Shown here: piece by piece, positions 53,320-64,000 of the stretch
How positions within the stretch are numbered: the first letter of the stretch is position 1
Layout of the letters: the number at the start of each line of letters is the position of its first letter
NCBI RefSeq assembly: GCF_006345805.1
Contig: NC_043006.1
Location: forward strand, 13,888,001 to 13,952,000
DNA: 64,000 nt
DNA from: Octopus sinensis
Taxonomy: Eukaryota
Direction: 5' to 3'
Position numbers and translations under genes: made by a program
Notes under the pieces: generated by a model
The model's input: only the letters and a program-made list of their open reading frames with translations
What the model was told of the DNA's origin: nothing
Databases searched by the model: none

Positions 53320-56300
53320 ATATACTGCAAACACTGCAAACACTGCAAACACTCAGTAACAGGACAAAGATCCCGTTCCTGAGAGACTTTGTTGCATGCA
53401 ATCAAGCCTTATGCATAGCACTTACAGAAACGCACCTGAAACCGGACATAGCAGATGCGGAGTTACACATACCACAGTATGCTGTACTACGGACCGACAG
53501 GAAAAGAAGGAGTCATGGAGGTGTGCTATGTACATCCGTGAGGACCTCACACCCCAGGTCCTCTGGTCATACTCAAACTCGGTGTGTGACACACTAATTG
53601 TACATATAGGGCAACTTGATTGTAGTTGTGTGTGCTACATATCGCCCTCCAGATGCCCAAGCCATGTGGGCAAGTTTGAAGACTGCCTTATAAAAATAGA
53701 AGAAATTCTAACCACATTAGAACAACACATAGGTGTGCTTCTTATGGGAGACTTCAATCTGCCAATGTCAGATGGCCCGAGGGCCTTTCTCTCCCCGGAA
53801 TGACAAGATGTGAACGAGACAGGCGAGGTCCCCCTGAACCTCATCAACACCCTGTACATGGAGCAGGTAATACTCCAACCAACCAGGGCAGGTACCACAG
53901 GATCTCTGCTTCACAAATGACATGGATCTCATCCATAATGTGGAAGAGGACACCGACACTACTCTCGGATCACAACATGATAGACTGACCATGTACGGGC
54001 CAAAAGAGAGCACGGACATGCAGCCTACAAGAAACCCTCAAAATCTTTCCAGCTTGAACTACCATAAGGCAAACTGGAACAAATTGAGAAAGAGATCCTC
54101 AAACAAAACTGGCCTAAATGTCTCTCCTCGCCAGACATCGACGTGAAACTTCAACAATTCATGTCTGTAATGCAAGCCATATGCTACAAATGTGTCCCAG
54201 AGAGAAAGGCCACTGTACACAAGAACAAAATCCCAGAGAGAGGAAACTTTTAATGAGACGGCGTACGAAATTTTCAAATCGCCTAAACAACACAGATTGA
54301 AAGCAGTGAAAAGTCCCGCCTAAAAATAAAAACTGTTGGAAATCGAAAAATGTTGCAACTCCCATGAAAAGAGAAAGAGCAGACAAAGAAGCCTGGGCTA
54401 TAGAAAACATAAAATCTAACCCCAGAGCTTTCTACAGGTATGCCAAGAAGAAACAGCTACAGGCACTGTAGAATAGGGCCACTCCTCGAAAAGGATGGCA
54501 CACTATACAGGAAAACCAATGAGGGTAAGTGAAATACTGAATGAGCAATTCAAGAGTGTTTTCACTCCACACCTTTGGGCATCTCAAATCACCAATCCAA
54601 CTGACTTTTTTAACACTGCAGATATAAAATCAGAGGCGGCGACGATAGATTACATCGATATAAAGGAAGACGATGTAACAAGGCTATAGATGAATGAAAA
54701 CAGACTCAGCTACTGGCCCGATGGATTCCCGGCAATCTCCTAAAAGCATGTAAGAGAGTCCTAGCAAGACCAAGCAGTTCCTCTTTCAGAGCTTCCTTGC
54801 AGCTGGCAAACTTCCAGGAAAACTGAAGGAAGGTAAAATATGCCCCATTCATAAAGGGAGGTTAGCAGAGCGGAAGCCAAGAACTATAGACCTATCTCTC
54901 TGACCTCACACATCAGCAAGGTCATGGAACGAATAGTCAGAAGGAAGCTGATCACCTTCCTTGAAGAGAATGACTTGCTGGCCCGACACCAACATGGTTT
55001 CGACCATGGAAAAGCTGTTTAAACTCAGCTCCTACAACACTATGACTGGGTGCTGAAACGGCTGCTCAAACCACTCAACTGTGGAAGTGATATATCTCGA
55101 CTTTGCAAAGGCCTTTGATAAGTCGATCATGGAATGATATGTCACAAACTGCGTGATCTCCACATAGTTGGAAAACTGGGAGAATGGCTTCATGACTTTC
55201 TGAAGGATAGAAGTCAGGTGGTAGTAGCCAATGGGGCCACCTCCATTAACACACAAATAGTGAGCGGTGTTCGCAGGGCACTGTTCTGGGACCACTACTG
55301 TTCATAATGGCCTCTCAGACATGCCCTCAGCCACGCAGAGAGCCACGATCACAAGTTAGCAGATTGATACAAAAGTTTCACAGGCATACAGAACCCTGAG
55401 GACACTAAACCCCTGCAATGTGAGCTGGACGAAATATACAAGTGGGCTGAAAAGAATAGCAGCAGTTCAATGCTGGAAAGTTTCAAGCTTATACTATCAG
55501 CATGCAAAACTGAATGCAATACCAATGAATACATGGACCCGGAGGGATTGCAATCCCAGAGGCACAATCAGTGCGTGACCTGGGTATTCACATGAGTGAT
55601 GACGCGACCTTTCATGTACATGTTGCTAAACTGACAATGAAATGTAGACGGATGGCTGGATGGATTCTTAGAACCTTTAGAACAAGAGAACAAAAAACCA
55701 TGATGGTCCTCTGGAAGACACTTGTCCTAAGTCACTTTGACTATTGCTCTCAGCTAGGTCACCATCCAGTGTCAAGTTGATCACAGAACTTGAGGCGATC
55801 CAACGAGCTACCAAGAAGATAGCCTCTATGCAGAATGTAAGCTAGGAAAGACTCAAGAGATTAAAATTATATTCTCTGGAGCGTAGGCGGGAAAGATATG
55901 CCATAATATACATCTGGAAGATCTGGAGGGAAGTGTCCTGAACTTTGGCATCGAGAGTTACGCAAATGCAGAACTGGGCGCCACTGCGTGGTGCCTAGGA
56001 CTCCAAACTGCCATCAGATGTAGGACAAGATTCTGTGATAGCCTGTGGCTCCGAGGCCCACAGCTCTTCAATATCCTCCCGAAGAACCTGAGAGACCTGC
56101 ATGGGTGGATACAGATGTCTTTAAAATGAAGCTGGATCTCTTCCTGTCAGGTGTCCCAGATGAACCAACTTCACGGCAGGAGGGGCAGATGAGGGCAGCT
56201 GCATCGAACTCTCTCATGCACCAAATAGCAGTTGCTAGAAAGCCTCCATGAAGTGAAACCAAGTAGCAACACCAAATGGCGGTGCCCCAGCATGGCCACA

Positions 56301-56340
56301 GCTCATAAGCTGAAACTAGAATCAATCAATCAATCAATCA
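53320..56340 (+). mobile_element. CR1-type LINE ORF2 (APE + RT) with many frameshifts and (AATC)n tail
   Basis: ALTETHL, RTDR..GGV, MGDFN, YLDFAKAFDK, SHFDYCSQL, LERRRERYA; ends GGTGCCCCAGCATGGCC..GAAACTAG(AATC)n. Confidence 0.92.
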
Positions 56341-56619
56341 TATATATATATATATAGCATGTTTCATAAGAAACGTTATAAAATGTATCCTTTCATCTAA
56401 TAGGGTCGCTTTTTATTTAAATAAAGAAAGGGAAAGCATCAGTCTTGTGTGAATATGTTTATCGAAGTAATTCTTGGCAAATAAAGGAAGGAATAATTGA
56501 AAAATGCATTATATTAGTATATATACATATACAAAGATACACACACACACACGTGTATATAGATATACGCCAGCTGAATTCAATTCGTCTCCATTCGAAA
56601 GACGCCCGTTGTTATGTCC

Positions 56620-56659
<40 letters not shown>

Positions 56660-56792
56660 GTTTTTGTATTATTTTTGTACTTATATTCGTGTAACATTGT
56701 CCGTTTTTTCCGTCCTGTTTTTGTAACATTCGAAGCTTTTTTTCCCAAGGAATCAATGCACTTAGCTTAGTTTTCATATATATAGATATAAT

Positions 56793-56836
<44 letters not shown>

Positions 56837-56839
56837 GTG

Positions 56840-56897
<58 letters not shown>

Positions 56898-56900
56898 GTA

Positions 56901-56961
<61 letters not shown>

Positions 56962-56970
56962 ATATATATA

Positions 56971-57010
<40 letters not shown>

Positions 57011-57152
57011 AGATAATGGTGTCATTGAGACCCAAAGGTGTCAGGTAATGCTGAATAAGTGCTATAGACAGACCATAGTTAGTTCCAGATTCGGTAATAT
57101 TGCGAATAAAGGGTTCAACGTTGGTTCCATGTTAGCGTGTGTATATAAGATT

Positions 57153-57288
57153 TTTTTGCGTAGTAAGATAAAACACCAAGGCTGTATAGATATTAGAGCT
57201 TTATAGATAGGTCTTACATCTAAGACCTTCTATCTATAAATGCTCTAATATCTATACAGCCTTGGTGTTTTATCTTACTACGCAAAAA
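57153..57288. repeat. Near-perfect palindrome with 4-nt loop
   Basis: TTTTTGCGTAGTAAGATAAAACACCAAGGC..GTCTTA-CATC-TAAGAC..GCCTTGGTGTTTTATCTTACTACGCAAAAA, two bulges. Confidence 0.93.
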
Positions 57289-57900
57289 CTTTTTGTATGT
57301 ATGTATGTATGTATGTATGTATGTATGTATGTATAGGTGTGGTATTGAATGATTTAAAGAACATACTTTCGTTTCTTGAAATTACCATTAATTCGTAACA
57401 TTTGAACAGTCGTAGATGCATTAATGCATTAAGCAATCTTCCATTTCACCTCATCACGTTTCTGCAACAGATATATTAACAGGTGTTCAAACATACAAGA
57501 ATATAGACTTTTCCCCTTACGCAAATAATTATTTGATTATAATCAACAGTTTCATATGCTACACAATAAAGCAAGGGACAGAAAACACCCCATAGATGTA
57601 CGAAACCACGCCACTCACAAACCTAAGTAAGTACAAACAGGAGAAACAGAACTGAATTATTTATAACAATACTAGTAAGAAGTACACTAAACCATACCGA
57701 TAGCAGAGAATCATTGAGCTCGGGTTTTACATAAGCTAATGGCTGGCTATCAGGTTAAAAGCCTGAGGACGGACATGATTCTTTTAAGAGTGTTCCAAGT
57801 AAAGGTTGTTCCAAATAAAATTACTTGGAACATCCATTTCCAAGTATGTAAATATATATATATATGTGTATGTGTGTGTGTGTATGTGTGTGTACATATA

Positions 57901-57937
<37 letters not shown>

Positions 57938-57980
57938 AATCTATATATATATGTGTGTGTGTATATATATATTGAGTGTG

Positions 57981-58034
<54 letters not shown>

Positions 58035-58076
58035 GGTGTTTGTGTGTGTGTAGTGTATGTGTGTGTGTGTGTGTGG

Positions 58077-58170
58077 TGTGGAGGCGCAATGGCCTAGTGG
58101 TTAGGGCAGCGGACTCGCGGTCGTAGGATCGCGGTTTCGATTCCCAGACCAGGTGTTGTGAGTGTTTATT
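58077..58170 (+). mobile_element. SINE family B head only
   Basis: GTGGAGGCGCAATGGCCTAGTGG..GAGTGTTTATT then unrelated sequence. Confidence 0.8.
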
Positions 58171-58242
58171 CTGAACAAGAAGAGAATGAATCGCCAGAAC
58201 AAGTGGTCACACACACAAACAATCACACAAAACAACATAAAG

Positions 58243-58635
58243 ACGCAGGAGTGGCTGTGTGGTAAGTAGCTTGCTTGCTAACCACGTGGTTCCGGGTTCA
58301 GTCCTATTGCGTGGCACCTCGGCAAAGTGTCTTCTACTATTGCCTCGGGCCGCCAAAGCCTTGTGAGTGGATTTGGTAGACGGAAACGGAAAGAAATCCG
58401 TCGTGTATATGTATATGTATATCTATATGTGTGTGTGTGTTTGTCCCATCAACATCACTTGCCAACCGATACTGGTGTGCTTACGTCCTCGTAACTTAGC
58501 GGTTCGGCAAAAGAGACTGATAGAATAAGTACTAGGCTTACAAAGAATTCCTGGGGTCGATTTGCTCGACCAAAGGCTGTGCTCCAGCATGTCCACAGTC
58601 AAATGACTGAAACAAGTAAATGAGTAAAAGAGTAT
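58243..58635 (+). mobile_element. SINE family A (diverged)
   Basis: Head to tail recognisable. Confidence 0.87.
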
Positions 58636-58639
58636 ACAC

Positions 58640-58673
<34 letters not shown>

Positions 58674-59229
58674 CTGTCTGTGTGTGTGTGTCTGTCTGTC
58701 TGTGTGTATGTGTGTGTGCGTGTGTGTGTGGTGTGTATGCGTATGTTTTGATTTTTGGAAATATGTTGTTTTGAGGAAAGAATAAATGTTATTCAAGGAA
58801 TTATTTTGGGGTCAAACATTTCATTGAATTGAATAGCAGATTTCTTCTCGGTTCCGAATATGGCCATTAACGTTAAATGGATTTAAGCAGGCTCAAAAGG
58901 GTTTATTGAACTGGTTAGCAAACTCCTTTTCTTTTCAGGATATGGTCAGCTGCGTGTATATATTGGGATAAATGGGCTTTAGGGGTGGTCAACAATTTTA
59001 TTGGAGGTGGTTTATTCCGTTATTCTTTTACAGTCATTTGACTGTGGCGATGCTGGAGCACCGCCTTTTAGTCGAAGAAATCGATCTTTGGACTTATTCT
59101 TTGTAAGCCTGGTGATTATTCTATCGGTCTTTTCTGCCAAACCACGAGGTTACGGGGATGTAAACACACCAGCATCAATTGTCAAGCGATCGTGGCGGGA
59201 CAAACAGACACGAACACATAACACACACA

Positions 59230-60480
<1,251 letters not shown>

Positions 60481-61923
60481 TCTTTTACTCTTTTACTTGT
60501 TTCAGCCATCCGGCTGAGGCCATGCTGGGGCACCGCCCTTGTTGCTACCCTCTCTAAATCCAGTTTGCCGTGGTTGGCCACTGATCTAAGAGAGAGCTTG
60601 TTGCTGCTGCCCTTAGGTTATCTTCGTACCTTGCAGTGGGTTCATCTGGGATCCCGGAAAGCAGCTTGTCTAGATGTTTTTTGAAAATGTCCACATCCGC
60701 ATCATGTAGATCTCTTAGTTTTCTTGGCAGTTTGTTGAACAGCTGAGGGCCCCTGAACCCCAGGCTATTACAGTATCTGCTCCTTACCCTGGATGTGGAA
60801 GACGGGAACTTTGGCACCACACAGTGACGTCCTGTACGGGGATTGGAACAGCTCTCAATTCCAAAATTTGGTGCTAGTCCCTCCAGGATTTTCCATATGT
60901 ATATCACTGCATATCTCTCTCGTCTTCGTTCCAAGGAGTACAACTTGAGTTCCCTAAGCCTCTCCCAATAGTTCTTTTCTTTCATGGTGGAAATCCTCTT
61001 GGTGAAATGTCTTTGGATTGTCTCAAGCTCTGTGGTTAGTTTGACACTATGCGGTGACCACAGTTGGGAGCAGTAGTCCAGGCGCCTTAGGACAAATGTC
61101 CTCCATAGTGTCAACATGGTCTCGCAGTCTCTTGTCCGGAATGTCCTCAGGATCCAGCCAGTGAGTCGTCTGCACATTGTCGCCACCTTCGCGATGTGTG
61201 AAGAAAAAGATGCATCGTCACTCATGTCTATCCCCAGGTCCCGTATTGATTTCGATACTGGGATTTCGATCCCTCCTGGACCAGTATAGTTGTGTTGTAA
61301 TGTATATGTGTTTACAGCTTGATATTGTAAGGCTTGAAATTTACCAGCATTAAATTGCATGTTGTTGTCTTCAGCCCATTTGTTTATGGCATCCAGATCT
61401 TGTTGTAAAAGGTCAGTATCAGCTGGGTTTTTTATTGCCTGTGCTACCTTTGTGTCATCAGCATAGCTAGTGAGGGATGTTGTTTGTGCTACCAAGGGCA
61501 TGTCAGAGAGCGCTACCAAAAACAGCAAGGGTCCCAAGACTGTGCCCTGTGGCACCCCGCTTGCTATTGGTGTCTTTCCCGAGAGGGCTCCATTGGCTGC
61601 AACCATCTGGCTTCTGTCCTTCAGGAAGTCATGTATCCACTCACCTACTTTTCCTGTTATGCCGAGTCTGAGTAATTTGTGACATATCACTCCGTGGTCG
61701 ACTTTGTCAAAGGCCTTCGCAAAGTCGAGATATACCACATCCACCTGTGAGCGATCCAGTAGTTGTTTCAGTACCCAGTCGTAGTGTTGTAACAGCTGCG
61801 TAAGGCAGCTTCTTCCTGGGCGAAAGCCATGCTGTGTGTCAGTGAGACGGTTAGTTTCTTCGAGGAACGTGATCAGTTTTTTTCTGATGATTCGTTCCAT
61901 GACCTTACTTATGTGTGACGTCA

Positions 61924-61924
<1 letters not shown>
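60481..61924 (-). mobile_element. 5'-truncated CR1-type LINE with (AAGAGTA)-type tail
   Basis: Open RT frame followed by 3' stem-loop and GAAACAAGTAAAAGAGTAAAAGA. Confidence 0.93.
60554..61900 (-). CDS. CR1-type reverse transcriptase and C-terminal domain (448 aa, uninterrupted, lacking APE)
   Basis: QHGFRPGRSCLTQLL, YLDFAKAFDKVDH, GVPQGTVLGPLLF, YADDTK, RLDYCSQLWSP. Confidence 0.93.
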   Translation of the reverse strand: MERIIRKKLITFLEETNRLTDTQHGFRPGRSCLTQLLQHYDWVLKQLLDRSQVDVVYLDFAKAFDKVDHGVICHKLLRLGITGKVGEWIHDFLKDRSQMVAANGALSGKTPIASGVPQGTVLGPLLFLVALSDMPLVAQTTSLTSYADDTKVAQAIKNPADTDLLQQDLDAINKWAEDNNMQFNAGKFQALQYQAVNTYTLQHNYTGPGGIEIPVSKSIRDLGIDMSDDASFSSHIAKVATMCRRLTGWILRTFRTRDCETMLTLWRTFVLRRLDYCSQLWSPHSVKLTTELETIQRHFTKRISTMKEKNYWERLRELKLYSLERRRERYAVIYIWKILEGLAPNFGIESCSNPRTGRHCVVPKFPSSTSRVRSRYCNSLGFRGPQLFNKLPRKLRDLHDADVDIFKKHLDKLLSGIPDEPTARYEDNLRAAATSSLLDQWPTTANWI

Positions 61925-62350
<426 letters not shown>

Positions 62351-63240
62351 CACACCTGCACTTTAGAAGAAATTATTTTGCGTTTACTTTTTGTTTTTTT
62401 TTTATTTTCTTAGAAATATGCTGTTTTGGTGAAGGAATTATTTTTATGTTGATAAATGAGCAGAATTCTTTCGAAGTTGGAATATACTCAACTGCGCACG
62501 CGCTCACATGTGCGAGCATGTGTGTGCGCGCGTGTGTGTTTTGATAAATAATCAAATAAACAAAAAATGGATTTGCGTGGGTGATCTTTTTTTTTACTTT
62601 CTGGTGTTTGTGGTTGAAATTCCGAACAGGAAAAGAATGAATCGCTAGAACAGCTGAACACCCCCCACACACACACACACACTCACAAAATAAAACAAAA
62701 AATCATTTCTTCCAAATAAATGAAAAAGAAACAAAGAGAAGAAAAAGAAAACCAAAGACGAATATTGTACGTTGCATCACAAACGTATACACATACTCAT
62801 ATACACACACACACATACACATATACACGTATCAAAACAAAGAAAAACCCCACAAAATTCGCACATACATATATAGAAGAAATTGCACACGAATTAGGCT
62901 TATGAGTTTGCAAGCATATATACACGGAAACACGTATACATGCACACGCATGTACGCATACACACACATACATACATATATGCATATATACATACACACA
63001 TACATTCATTTATACAATTATGCACATATGAATACATATAACATATATATATACATACATATACACACATATACGTATACACAGATATAGTGTATCTATA
63101 GTACACACGCTCACGTGCACACTCCACACACACACACACACACACACACATTCATACGTACACACACATACGTATACATAAATGTGCACATATGCATATA
63201 TATATATAGCTAAATATACAAGTTCCTATGTGCATACATA

Positions 63241-63870
63241 TATTGGGTTGAATCATAAATAATTTCCGTTCTTTTTAGGGAAGTAAATTGTAACGACACG
63301 TTTCAAACTTCAGACATTTAAAATTGAAATGGAAACTACGGTTTTTTTAAAGAGATTTATCTGTCATTCATATTTAAGCAGTGAAAGGACACACATCATA
63401 GTTTAATATTAAATTTCACTTCCCTAAAATGTCTGCTGAACTGAAAGTGCATGTTATAGAATAGTTGTGCGAGTTATAGAATAGAAAAAAACGTCAGAGA
63501 AAAAGTTAAGAAAATATGCAGTGTTTACGGCCAAAGTGTCATTATTGACCGGCAAGTGCGAAATTGGTTGTTCCGGAGATTTATCACTGAGAGATCAACT
63601 CAGACCAGGACGCTCATCATACTTTGAATAAGATACTTTAAGAGAGTTAGTGGAACTCAATGATTGTAAAAGTACTGGGGAATTAGAAACTGACTGCAAC
63701 ACATTCCAATCCATCACCTGCCGACACTTGGAAACAATAGGAAAAGTCAGCAAGCTGAGTGTTTCGGTTCCCCATACTCTTGAGGATAAGAATAGGAAAG
63801 ATCGCATGTCCATAGCGACAAGTCTTCTTTCAAGTCAGAGACATAACCCGTTTCTCAAAAATGAGAAGCA
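63241..63870 (+). mobile_element. Degenerate mariner, 5' part
   Basis: TA|TTGGGTTGAATCATAA TIR-like start; GKVSKLSVSVPHTL..RMSIATSLLS..PFLK (WVPHEL region). Confidence 0.8.
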
Positions 63871-64000
63871 TTCCGTCGGTTCCGACGACGAGGGTTCCGG
63901 TTGATCCGAATCAACGGAACAGCCTGCTCGTGAAATTAACGTGTAAGTGGCTGAGCACTCCACAGACACGTGTACCCTTAACGTAGTTCTCGAGGATATT
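63866..64000 (-). mobile_element. SINE family B 3' part, running off the window
   Basis: GAAGCATTCCGTCGGTT..CACAGACACGTGTACCCTTAACGTAG. Confidence 0.88.

Overview
AT-rich eukaryotic window made almost entirely of transposable elements and microsatellites, with no recognisable host gene, tRNA/rRNA gene or CRISPR array. The SINE families and extreme (AT)n/(GT)n/(GATA)n density look like an Octopus (coleoid cephalopod) genome; this is my recognition, not a database result. Contents: two Penelope-like elements (one nearly intact, RT + Cys linker + GIY-YIG) with hammerhead-ribozyme-like motifs in their terminal repeats; two CR1-type LINEs; several Tx1-type (L1 clade) fragments; R4/Dong-like remnants; a Gypsy gag plus LTRs; Tc1/mariner, Tigger and Chapaev-like DNA transposon relics; a MITE family with 8-bp TSDs; and at least four tRNA-headed SINE families (labelled A-D here). 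The best observations are: (i) two LINE-SINE 3'-tail partnerships visible inside the window, one with a covarying stem-loop; (ii) minimal hammerhead motifs, each with a core deviation; (iii) a Tx1 family apparently embedded in GATA/GACA arrays; (iv) modular head/tail swapping among SINEs; (v) several fold-back hairpins and near-identical local duplications that may be real rearrangements or assembly artefacts. I found no convincing wholly new system. Most short ORFs in the track are microsatellite translations. Coordinates of degenerate elements are approximate.
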